A DNA stretch of 64,000 nt from contig JAVKHP010000001.1 in the NCBI GenBank assembly GCA_031459855.1, forward strand, positions 2,157,384-2,221,383. Direction: 5' to 3'. Shown piece after piece: positions 20,423 through 29,990 of this stretch. The position numbers were made by a program, and so were the translations under genes. The notes under the pieces are model-generated. The model was not told where the DNA came from. It ran no database searches and saw only the letters and a list, made by a program, of their open reading frames with translations. Within the stretch, counting starts at the first letter, position 1. Every line of letters starts with the position of its first letter. Origin of the DNA: Candidatus Fervidifonticultor primus (GTDB lineage Bacteria > Sysuimicrobiota > Sysuimicrobiia > Sysuimicrobiales > Humicultoraceae).

Positions 20423-20647
20423 ACTCCTGCGGTCAGGCGCCGCCGCGCGTGCCGGTGGGCCGCCGCGGGCCGGGATCGGCTCGACGCTCCCAGGCCAGCC
20501 CGGTGTCGCCACGGCGCGGTGGCGGGCGGAGCCTGGCGGGGTCGGGCCGTCCGGGCACCGGCAGCAGGGCGCCGTCCGCCGCGCACGAAAAGAGTCCCCC
20601 AGAAGGCGCTGGTCGCTTCGGGCGCACCGCGGCGCCGGAGAGTACCG

Positions 20648-21544
20648 GTGGATGCACTCCATCACCTGAAGACGTTCTTCGAGGGCGAGGACGAGGTGGC
20701 TGCGGTCTACGTCTACGGCCGCTATCCACCCGGGCCCAGTTTTCCCGACACCGACATCGAGCTGGCGCTGCTCTTCCCCGACGACGCCGACGAGGACGAC
20801 GTGCGCGGGTACCTGGAGCGGCTCTCGGAGCAGAACCCGCTGGGCCCGCTCCCGGGCATCCTGATGCCGGCTGCCCTCAACACCCACATCCTGCCCGTGA
20901 TCTACGAGGTGTTGACCGCCGGCGAGCTGCTGGTGGACAACGATCCCGCCACGCGCGAGGCGTTCGCGGCGCGCACCCGGGCCCGCCTGGAGGCGGAACG
21001 GCCGCAGCTGTTGCAGGACGCCCGCATCGCCATCCTGCAGGCCCGGTCGCTGGGGCTCGCCCAGCCCGCCCGGGCCGAGGCCCTGCTGCCCCAGCCGCCG
21101 AAGTCCCTCGACCCGATGCGCATCGGCTGGCGGTTGGGCCGCCTGCTGGCGTCGTCCAGCATGCTCGAGACGCTGACGCGCGACGCCGAGGCCGCCGGCC
21201 GCGACGCCGACCGGCTGGCGCAGGTGCTCGGGTGGTTCAGCAACGGGGCGGGCGCGGCCACCGGCATCGCCAAGGCGATGCTCAGCATCTTCGACCTGGA
21301 ACGGCCGCCGCGGCGCTGGCAGGTCTTCCTGCCGCTGGCCGACCAGGCGCTGGTGCCCATGGACCTGGCCCTGGAACTGGCGTCGATGGTGGAAGTGCGC
21401 TGGCAGGTGCTGACGTCCACCGGCCTGCTCTCGGCCGAGCGGCTGACCGCGCGCGTCCGCGGCTTCCTGCCCGCCATGGTGGCGTTCGCCCGGCAGGCTG
21501 CGTGGTTCTGCGAGGTCCCCGGGGGCGACGCGCACGTCCACTGA
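20648..21544 (+). CDS. nucleotidyltransferase (MNT-type) domain fused to a helical HEPN/DUF86-like C-terminal domain
   Basis: GTG at 20648 with a GGAGAG SD 5 nt upstream. AAVYVYGRYPPGPSFPDTDIELALLF fits G[SR]-x(9-12)-D-x-[DE]. The C-terminal segment LADQALVPMDLALELASMVEVRWQVLTS resembles the HepT region around RNxxxH. Confidence 0.6.
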   Translation: MDALHHLKTFFEGEDEVAAVYVYGRYPPGPSFPDTDIELALLFPDDADEDDVRGYLERLSEQNPLGPLPGILMPAALNTHILPVIYEVLTAGELLVDNDPATREAFAARTRARLEAERPQLLQDARIAILQARSLGLAQPARAEALLPQPPKSLDPMRIGWRLGRLLASSSMLETLTRDAEAAGRDADRLAQVLGWFSNGAGAATGIAKAMLSIFDLERPPRRWQVFLPLADQALVPMDLALELASMVEVRWQVLTSTGLLSAERLTARVRGFLPAMVAFARQAAWFCEVPGGDAHVH

Positions 21545-21677
21545 GGCGGGCCGGCACCCCGTGGGCCGGCGCCCAAGGAACCGGCCGGGGGCAACGCGAA
21601 CACCACCTGCGGCGCGCGCAGCGCGCAGCACGCGCCGGCGCGCGGGGCGCGCCGGCGTCCGGGCGCAGGAGGTCTGT

Positions 21678-21956
21678 GTGACGGACCCGGTACGGATCGA
21701 GATCCAGCCCACGCCGAACGTCAACGCCATGAAGTTCGTGCTGAACCGGCGGCTGACGGAAGGCCGCAGCCAGACCTTCCGCTCGCCCCAGGAGGCCGCG
21801 GGTCACCCGCTGGCAGCGCGGCTGCTGGCGATTCCCGGCGTGGTGCAGGTGTTCCTGCTGAACGACTTCCTGACGGTGACGCGCGACCCTTCGGCCGCGT
21901 GGGAGGAGATCGTCGACGCGGCGCAGGCCGCGATTCGCGACCACTTCGCCGGCTGA
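21678..21956 (+). CDS. Nfu_N (scaffold protein Nfu/NifU N-terminal) domain protein
   Basis: IEIQPTPNVNAMKFVLNRRL...LAIPGVVQVFLLNDFLTVTRDPSAAWEEI. AGGAGG SD 5 nt upstream of the GTG at 21678. Confidence 0.75.
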   Translation: MTDPVRIEIQPTPNVNAMKFVLNRRLTEGRSQTFRSPQEAAGHPLAARLLAIPGVVQVFLLNDFLTVTRDPSAAWEEIVDAAQAAIRDHFAG

Positions 21957-22001
21957 AGGCCGCGCGCCGGCCACCACGCCCACGGAGACGGAGGGATCGG
22001 T

Positions 22002-22505
22002 GTGACGGACAGGCCATTCGAGGTCATCGCCGAGATCGCCCTGCAGGGCCTGCCGACCAGCGGCGACATCGCCCGCGTCGGCGAGGAGGTCGAGCGCGCG
22101 CGGCAGGCCACGCCTGCCGTCGTGCGCGCTACGGTCGTGCCGCCGGCGCGGTTTCGCGACGGCACCTACTGCCTCGAGACGCGGTGCGCGGTGTGGGCGG
22201 CCGATGGCGCCGCCGCGGTGGCCGCGGTGGAGCGGCTGCTGCGCGGCGCCGGCCTGACGACCCGGACCGTGCACCTCTCCGGCCGCGCGCTCACCGCGGC
22301 CGACGTGCCCCCGCCGCCTGCACAGCCCCAGACCACAACGGGCGGGTCGGGGAGCAGCCGCCCTGCGCCGGCGCGCCGGCGGGGCGCGCGCGCGGCGAAC
22401 GCGGCGGGCAAAGCGGCGCCGGCAGCGCGCCGGCGCGGTGGGGCAGGAGCGTCGCGCGGGGCAGCGTCCAAGGGCAAAGCTTCCAGCAGCCGTCGGGGGC
22501 GGTAG
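22002..22505 (+). CDS. hypothetical protein: ~95-aa globular N-domain plus Lys/Arg/Ala/Gly-rich tail
   Basis: GTG at 22002 preceded by GGAGACGGAGGG. I recognise no family. The tail reads RRRGARAANAAGKAAPAARRRGGAGASRGAASKGKASSSRRGR. Confidence 0.5.
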   Translation: MTDRPFEVIAEIALQGLPTSGDIARVGEEVERARQATPAVVRATVVPPARFRDGTYCLETRCAVWAADGAAAVAAVERLLRGAGLTTRTVHLSGRALTAADVPPPPAQPQTTTGGSGSSRPAPARRRGARAANAAGKAAPAARRRGGAGASRGAASKGKASSSRRGR

Positions 22506-22659
22506 AGCACCTGGAACACGCTGGCGCGACGGTCAGCGTGGCCGCCGGAGGACGAGGCGGGCGATAGGAGACCTCGGGCATCGCCGGCAGACCACGGGAC
22601 CACGGTGGGGCGACACCGCAGGGCGGCGTGTGAGTCTGTAGGCCCTGCCCAGCCACGCG

Positions 22660-23925
22660 TTAGCCGGTGCGCTCGCCCTCGGGGATCTCCGTAACGAGCC
22701 AGACCGGCGCCTCCAGCAGCCGTCGGATCTCCCCCAGGAACTGGGCGGCCTCGGCGCCGTCGGTGACCCGGTGGTCGGCGGAGAGCGTCGCGTGCATCAC
22801 CGTGGCCACCTGCACGGTGCCGTCGCGCACCACCGGCGTCGGTGTCGCTGCGCCCACGGCCAGGATGGCGGCCTGCGGGGGATTGACGATGGCGGCGAAC
22901 GCCTCCACGCCGTAGGGTCCCAGGTTGCTCACCGTGAAGGTGCCGCCGACGAGATCGTCGGGCCGGAGGTGGCCGGCCCGCGCCCGCTCGATGAGGGCCT
23001 TGCTCTCGTGGGCGATGACCCACAGCGGCTTGCGGTCGACGTCGTGCAGGACCGGGGAGACGAGCCCCTCGGCGACCGGCACCGCGATGCTGATGTTGAC
23101 GGCAGCCGGGTGGCGGATCACGTCGCCCGCAAACGACGCGTTGAGGTTGGGGTAGCGCCGCAGCGCCAGCGCCGCAGCCCGGACCACCAGGTCGTTGACG
23201 GTGACCTTCGCGGCCTCGGGCAGCCGGTCGTTGAGTTGCCGGCGCAGGTCCAGGGCGGCGTCCATGGCGATGGCCATGGTCACGTAGAAGTGCGGCACCT
23301 GCTGTTTGCTCTCGGTCATGCGGCGCGCGATGGTGGCACGCATGCGCGAGAGCGGCACCTCGCGCCCTGCAGCCGCCGGGGGCATCGCGGGCGCTGGTGT
23401 CGGTGCGGGGCGGGCGGCACGTGCCGCGATGGCGGCCTCGACGTCTTCTTTGGTGATGCGCCCTTCGGGGCCGCTGCCGCGGATCGTCTCGAGCGGGATG
23501 CCGTGCTCGGCCGCCAGCCGGCGCGCCAGGGGCGAGGCCCGTACCGCGCCGGCCGGCGGCGCGGCGGGGGGTGCGCTCGCCGGTGGGGGAGCGGCTGCCT
23601 GCGCAGTCGCCGCAGCGGCCGGCGCGCCGGTGCCCGCGGGGGTCTCTGGCGCCCGGGACGGCGGTGCCTCGGCAGCCGGCGCCGCCTCGCCGGGCCGCGT
23701 CAGGATGGCGATGGGCGCGCCGACCGGTACCGCGCTCCCCGGCGCCACCAGCACACGGCTGAGGACGCCGTCCCACTCGGCCTCCAGCTCGACGTTGACC
23801 TTGTCGGTCTCGATCTCGGCGATGGGCTCGCCCTTGCGCACCGGGTCGCCCGGCTGCTTCAGCCACCGGAGCACCTTGCCCTCGGTCATGGCGTCGCCCA
23901 TCTTGGGCATGATGACCTCGGCCAT
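22660..23925 (-). CDS. pdhC: dihydrolipoamide acyltransferase E2 (pyruvate/acetoin-type 2-oxoacid dehydrogenase)
   Basis: Lipoyl domain IMPKMGDAMTEGKVLRWL...IETDKVNVE; an E3-binding segment; catalytic DHRVTDGA. Start trimmed to MAEVIMPKMG. Confidence 0.9.
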   Translation of the reverse strand: MAEVIMPKMGDAMTEGKVLRWLKQPGDPVRKGEPIAEIETDKVNVELEAEWDGVLSRVLVAPGSAVPVGAPIAILTRPGEAAPAAEAPPSRAPETPAGTGAPAAAATAQAAAPPPASAPPAAPPAGAVRASPLARRLAAEHGIPLETIRGSGPEGRITKEDVEAAIAARAARPAPTPAPAMPPAAAGREVPLSRMRATIARRMTESKQQVPHFYVTMAIAMDAALDLRRQLNDRLPEAAKVTVNDLVVRAAALALRRYPNLNASFAGDVIRHPAAVNISIAVPVAEGLVSPVLHDVDRKPLWVIAHESKALIERARAGHLRPDDLVGGTFTVSNLGPYGVEAFAAIVNPPQAAILAVGAATPTPVVRDGTVQVATVMHATLSADHRVTDGAEAAQFLGEIRRLLEAPVWLVTEIPEGERTG

Positions 23926-24003
23926 CAACCGACCCCCTGACGCGCAGCGCTGTCGTCGGGAGCCCAGAGCCACACGCGGCAGCCCGTCGGTCGGTCTCCC
24001 ATG

Positions 24004-24990
24004 CTACCGCCCCTCACGGTAGAGCACGCGGCGGGCCGCGGCCACGATGTCGGCCTCGTGGGGGATCGCCAGCAGCTCCAGCTCGCGGGCGTAGGGCATC
24101 GGCACGTCCGCGCCGGTGACGCGTTCCACCGGCGCGTCCAGCAGGTCGAACGCGCCCTCGTAGATCGTCGCCGCGATCTCGGCGGCGGCGCCAAAGGGCT
24201 TCCACTGTTCCTGCACCACCACCGCGCGGTGCGTCTTCGCCACGGAGCGCACCAGCGTCTCGCCGTCCAGCGGCCGCAGCGAGCGCAGGTTGATCACCTC
24301 GGCGTCGATGCCCTCGTCGGCGAGCTGCCGCGCGGCCTCCAGCGCCACCAGGAGCATCCGGCTGTAGGCCACGATGGTGACGTCGCGCCCCGGCCGCGCC
24401 ACCTCGGCCCGGCCGAACGGCAGCGCGCCGTCGCCGTCGGGGACGGGGCCCTTGGTGCCGTACAGCGCGGCGTTCTCCAGGAAGATCACCGGATCGCGGC
24501 CCCGCAGCGCCGTGCGCAGCAGGCCCCACGCGTCGGCCGGGGTCGCCGGCGCCACCACCCGCAGCCCGGGGACGTGGGCGTAGAACACCTCGACACTCTG
24601 GGAGTGCTGTGCCGACAGCTGGACCCCCGCGCCGTTGGGTCCGCGGATCACCAGCGGCACGTCGACCTGCCCGCCCGAGAAGTAGCGCACCTTGGCCGCG
24701 TTGTTGACGATCTGGTCGAAGGCCAGCAGCGAGAAGTTCCAGGTCATCACCTCGACCACCGGCCGCAGGCCCAGCAGGGCCATGCCGATGGCGGCGCCCA
24801 CGAACCCTTCCTCGGAGATCGGGGTGTCGATGACGCGCCGCGGCCCGAACCGTGCCAGCAGGTCCGCGGTGACCCGGAACGTCCCCTGGTAGAGCCCGAT
24901 GTCCTCGCCGAGCAACAGCACCGTCGGATCGCGCTCCATCGCGTCGATGAGCGCGGCGCGGATGGCGTCGCGGTAGGTGAGCTCAGGCAT
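24004..24990 (-). CDS. pdhB: 2-oxoacid dehydrogenase E1 beta subunit
   Basis: LLGEDIG...RVIDTPISEEGFVGAAIGMA. 8-bp overlap with the E1 alpha stop. Confidence 0.93.
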   Translation of the reverse strand: MPELTYRDAIRAALIDAMERDPTVLLLGEDIGLYQGTFRVTADLLARFGPRRVIDTPISEEGFVGAAIGMALLGLRPVVEVMTWNFSLLAFDQIVNNAAKVRYFSGGQVDVPLVIRGPNGAGVQLSAQHSQSVEVFYAHVPGLRVVAPATPADAWGLLRTALRGRDPVIFLENAALYGTKGPVPDGDGALPFGRAEVARPGRDVTIVAYSRMLLVALEAARQLADEGIDAEVINLRSLRPLDGETLVRSVAKTHRAVVVQEQWKPFGAAAEIAATIYEGAFDLLDAPVERVTGADVPMPYARELELLAIPHEADIVAAARRVLYREGR

Positions 24991-26035
24991 CGGCGGGCGC
25001 GCCGTAGACGTGCGCCGTCAGCTCCTCGGGGCCGGGCGGCGGGCTCTCCTCGGCAAAGCGCACGGCCTCGGCCACGACCTGTTCGGCCTCCTCCTGGATG
25101 CGCGCGACGGTGGCGTCGTCCAGCACGCCGGCCTCGCGCAACCGGCGCTCCAGCAGCAGGATGGGATCACGACGGCGCTGCGCGTCGACCTCCTCCTTGG
25201 TGCGGTACGGCTGGAACAGGTCGGCGGCGCCGTGGCCGGCGAAGCGGTAGGTGAGGGCCTCCACCGCGTACGGGCGCCCGGTGGCCCGCACGTCGGCGAT
25301 GACCCGGGCTGCGGTCTGTCGCACCACGAAGAAGTCCATGCCGTCGATGCGCTCGCCGGGGATGGCGTACTGCGCGAAGCGCGCCGCCAGGTCGGTCACG
25401 GCCGACGAGCGCACGACCGACGTGCCCATGGCGTACTCGTTGTTCTCGACCACGAGGACCAGCGGGCACAGCCCCTCCTTCCCCCACAGCCCGGCCATGT
25501 TCAGGGCCTCGTGGAGGGCGCCGCTGTTCATGGCCCCATCGCCCAGGAAGCAGACGCACACACGGTCCTCCTGACGGTACCGCAGCGCGTAGGCGGCTCC
25601 CACGGCGAGCGGGACGTGGGCGCCCACGATGCCGTAGCCGCCGTAGAACCCCCGCGCCACGTCGAACAGGTGCATCGAGCCGCCCTTGCCGCGGGCGAGC
25701 CCCGTGACCTTCCCGAACAACTCCGCCATGACCGCCCCCGGGGACGCACCGCGGAACAGGGCGTGGGCGTGGTCGCGGTAGGCGGTGAAGAAGATGTCGG
25801 TCTCGCGCAGTTCGGCGAGGAAGCCGGCGGCCACCGCCTCCTGGCCGCTGTAGACGTGCAGGTAGCCACCGATCTTGCCGCGGCGGAACGCCCGTTCGGT
25901 CTCCTCCTCGAAGCGGCGAGCGATGACCATCTGCCGGTACCAGGCGACCGCCGACGTCAGGTGCTCGGGCGACCGCCGGTCCGTCGCGAGCGCGGAGGTG
26001 GCGCTGTCGTCGGGCCGGCCCGTCCGGTTGGGCAT
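24983..26035 (-). CDS. pdhA: 2-oxoacid dehydrogenase E1 alpha subunit (TPP-binding)
   Basis: YRQMVIARRFEE, GYLHVYSGQEA, FLGDGAMNSG...NN (TPP motif). The start is uncertain: ATG 26035 has AGGGAG upstream, and ATG 26056 is an alternative. Confidence 0.88.
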   Translation of the reverse strand: MPNRTGRPDDSATSALATDRRSPEHLTSAVAWYRQMVIARRFEEETERAFRRGKIGGYLHVYSGQEAVAAGFLAELRETDIFFTAYRDHAHALFRGASPGAVMAELFGKVTGLARGKGGSMHLFDVARGFYGGYGIVGAHVPLAVGAAYALRYRQEDRVCVCFLGDGAMNSGALHEALNMAGLWGKEGLCPLVLVVENNEYAMGTSVVRSSAVTDLAARFAQYAIPGERIDGMDFFVVRQTAARVIADVRATGRPYAVEALTYRFAGHGAADLFQPYRTKEEVDAQRRRDPILLLERRLREAGVLDDATVARIQEEAEQVVAEAVRFAEESPPPGPEELTAHVYGAPADA

Positions 26036-26124
26036 GCCGTCCTGCTCCCTCCCCATGGCCTCGTGGGCGGAAGGATGAGCCGCGCGCACGCGCGGAGGTG
26101 CCGGCGCTGCGCGCGCACTTCATT

Positions 26125-26133
26125 ACTATACCA
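26125..26133 (-). promoter_or_regulatory. candidate extended -10 (TGGTATAGT) for the pdhABC-like operon
   Basis: Reverse complement of ACTATACCA at 26125-26133, in the only AT-rich patch of this intergenic region. Confidence 0.35.
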
Positions 26134-26304
26134 GATCCGCGCAACCCGCCCTCCGAGGTCGGTCCGCACTGTCTGCGGACGGGGCGGCACGGCGCCGTGC
26201 GCGGCAGGCGCGGACGTGTCGCGCCGCGGTCGTCGGCGCACGAGGTGATTTGCGTGCGGGCGGCGCTGCGGGTAGGCTAGAGGCAGCGCCAGAAAGGAGC
26301 CGGC

Positions 26305-27348
26305 ATGTCCACCGACGCCCTGGACGCGTTCGTCGCCACGTTGCCCAAGATCGAGCTCCACGTCCACCTGGAGACGTCGCTGCGCCTGCGGCGCCTGGTC
26401 GAGCGCACCGGCGCGGGGCCGGCGCTGGGCGCGCCGCACCTGGTGGCCGACCCCGCGGTGTTCGTCGGCTACGACCGCCTGCGCCGGCTGCGGTACGCCG
26501 GGCGCGCCGGGCGGGTACCCGACGCCTGGTACACCCGGGAGCGCATCGCCGCCATCACGGCCGAGCTGGTGCGGGAGGCGGCGGCGCAGCACGTCCGGTA
26601 CGTGGAGGTGCGGGTGGGCGGCCGCCGCGGCTTCGCGCTGCTGGGTGTCCGCGGCATGCTGGAGGCGATGGCCGAGGGCGCAGCCAGCGTGCGGGAGCTG
26701 GGGGTCGGCTACGGGGCGATCGTCACGGTGGTGCGCGAGCGCGGGCCCGAGGACGCGGCACGCCTGGTGGCCGAGGCCGTCGCGTGCCGCGACTGCGGCG
26801 TGGTCGGCATCGACCTGGCCGGCGACGAGCAGAACTTCCCGCCGGCGCTGTTCGCCGCCGCGCTGCGGCCAGCACGCGACGCCGGGCTGGGCCTGACGGT
26901 GCACGCCGGCGAGTTCGCCGGACCGGCGGGCATCTGGACGGCCCTGTACCACCTGGGCGCCGATCGCATCGGCCACGGCATCCGCGCCGTGGAGGACCCG
27001 GCACTGCTCGACCACCTGCGCCACCGCGGGGTGACGCTGGAGCTGTGCCCGACCAGCAACGTGCGGTTGGGGCTGGTGCCGTCGCTGGCCCGGCACCCGC
27101 TGGGCGCACTGCGCCGCGCCGGCGTGTCGGTCACCGTCAACAGCGACGATCCGCTGCTGCTCCAGACCTCGCTCTCCCGGGAGCTGACGGCCGTCGCGCG
27201 GGCGCAGGGCCTGACGCCGGCCGACCTGGTGGAGCTGCAGGCGGCGGCCGCCCGTGCCGCGTTCGCCCCCGAGGCCGTGCGGCAGGCGCTGGAAGCCGCG
27301 GTCCGCGCGGTGCCGCTGGCGGCCGCGGGCGGCAGCCCCGTGCCGTGA
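26305..27348 (+). CDS. add: adenosine deaminase family protein
   Basis: LPKIELHVHLE, VGIDLAGDE, HAGE, RIGHG, LELCPTSN, VTVNSDDP. AAGGAG SD upstream. Confidence 0.88.
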   Translation: MSTDALDAFVATLPKIELHVHLETSLRLRRLVERTGAGPALGAPHLVADPAVFVGYDRLRRLRYAGRAGRVPDAWYTRERIAAITAELVREAAAQHVRYVEVRVGGRRGFALLGVRGMLEAMAEGAASVRELGVGYGAIVTVVRERGPEDAARLVAEAVACRDCGVVGIDLAGDEQNFPPALFAAALRPARDAGLGLTVHAGEFAGPAGIWTALYHLGADRIGHGIRAVEDPALLDHLRHRGVTLELCPTSNVRLGLVPSLARHPLGALRRAGVSVTVNSDDPLLLQTSLSRELTAVARAQGLTPADLVELQAAAARAAFAPEAVRQALEAAVRAVPLAAAGGSPVP

Positions 27349-27354
27349 CGAGCC

Positions 27355-27383
27355 TTGATTTGTTGAGTGAATTAGTCTAGAAT
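27355..27383 (+). promoter_or_regulatory. strong sigmaA-like promoter for the suf operon (TTGATT-17-TAGAAT)
   Basis: TTGATT at 27355-27360 and TAGAAT at 27378-27383, in an AT-rich island. A GC hairpin follows (27392-27398 pairing with CCGCCGC just before the SD). Confidence 0.6.
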
Positions 27384-27428
27384 TGGCGCGTGCGGCGGTG
27401 CGATTCATGCCGCCGCCAGGAGGAGCGC

Positions 27429-28259
27429 ATGGCCGATCTCGTCATCCGGGACCTCCACGTGCAGGTGGAGGACAAGGTGATCCTCAAGGGCGTTACCCTA
27501 GACGTCAGCCGGGGAGAGATCCACGCCCTCATGGGGCCCAACGGCTCGGGCAAGAGCACCCTCGCCAACGTCCTGATGGGCAACCCGTTCTACCAGGTGG
27601 TGCGCGGCGAGGTGCTCTACAAGGGCGAGGACCTGCTGGCCATGTCGCCCGACGAACGGGCCCGCAAGGGGTTGTTCATCGCCTTCCAGTACCCGGTGAG
27701 CATTCCGGGTGTGACCATGGCCAGCTTCCTGCGCACGGCGGTCTCGGCCCGTCGGGGCATGGAGCAGGAGCTGGTGCCCGTGGCGGAGTTCCAGCGGCTG
27801 GTGCGGGCCAAGCTCGAGGCCCTGAAGATGGATCCGGCCATCCTGGGCCGCTACGTCAACGAGGGCTTCTCGGGTGGCGAGAAGAAGCGCGCCGAGATCC
27901 TGCAGATGGCGCTGCTGGAGCCCGAGATCGCCATCATGGACGAGACCGACTCGGGGCTGGACATCGACTCGGTCAAGATCGTGGCCGACGGCATCATGCG
28001 CATGTACGAGGAGCAGCGGGGCGGCATGGGCGTGCTGGTGATCACCCACTACTCGCGGATCCTCCAGTACATCCGCCCGCACCACGTGCACATCATGTAC
28101 GACGGGCGGGTGGTGGTCTCGGGCGGACCCGAGCTGGCCCAGGAGCTGGAGGAGCGCGGGTACGAGGAGATCCGCCGCCAGTTCGAGGTGATCGCGGCCG
28201 AGGTTCAGGAGGCCGGCGCCGTCCGCCGCGCCGGGAAGGTGTTCTGGGTGGTACACTGA
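27429..28259 (+). CDS. sufC: Fe-S cluster assembly ATPase SufC
   Basis: Walker A GPNGSGKST, ABC signature FSGGEKKR, Walker B IAIMDETDSGLD. AGGAGG SD upstream. Confidence 0.95.
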   Translation: MADLVIRDLHVQVEDKVILKGVTLDVSRGEIHALMGPNGSGKSTLANVLMGNPFYQVVRGEVLYKGEDLLAMSPDERARKGLFIAFQYPVSIPGVTMASFLRTAVSARRGMEQELVPVAEFQRLVRAKLEALKMDPAILGRYVNEGFSGGEKKRAEILQMALLEPEIAIMDETDSGLDIDSVKIVADGIMRMYEEQRGGMGVLVITHYSRILQYIRPHHVHIMYDGRVVVSGGPELAQELEERGYEEIRRQFEVIAAEVQEAGAVRRAGKVFWVVH

Positions 28260-28354
28260 GGGCGCGGCGTGCGCAGGTGACGCGCCGCCGCGCCGGGGTG
28301 TGATGTCCGACCGCCGGGACGTCGTCGCCAGCCACCGGCGGGGGCGCAGGGCCC

Positions 28355-28414
28355 GACGGTCGAGGACAGGACCTGACGGTCGAGGAGAGGACCTGACGGT
28401 CGAGGAGAGGATCG
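28355..28414 (+). repeat. 3 x 20-bp perfect-phase tandem repeat ending at the sufB ATG, each unit carrying an SD-like purine box
   Basis: GACGGTCGAGGACAGGACCT / GACGGTCGAGGAGAGGACCT / GACGGTCGAGGAGAGGATCG, followed directly by the ATG at 28415. Confidence 0.9.
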
Positions 28415-29821
<1,407 letters not shown>

Positions 29822-29990
29822 GCCGGGACGCCGCGGCGGGGGCCGACGGGCACCCGCCGCTGGCGCGCGGCCGGGCGCGGCCTGGTCGGGCGGCGCAGGT
29901 TCCGTTCCGGGCGACAGCGGGCAGCGTGCCCGCCTCCGCACGGCCGCCCCGAGCCGCGTACGGACGCATCGACGCGTACGGAGGAGCACC

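Noticed and set aside
20263-20647. The upstream extension of the MNT-HEPN-like ORF (track ORF 20357..21544) and the 472-aa ORF 20263..21681 as the true gene.
   Set aside because: The extended N-terminal sequence is Arg/Ala/Pro low complexity. It overlaps the ctaC promoter region and start. A GGAGAG SD precedes the internal GTG at 20648, right before the recognisable domain.
28355-28414. The tandem repeats here, and the paired repeats at 11304-11417, as a degenerate CRISPR array.
   Set aside because: The sufB units are contiguous with no spacers. The acs pair has only two copies. No cas genes or leader are present, and the repeat sizes and spacing do not fit a CRISPR array.
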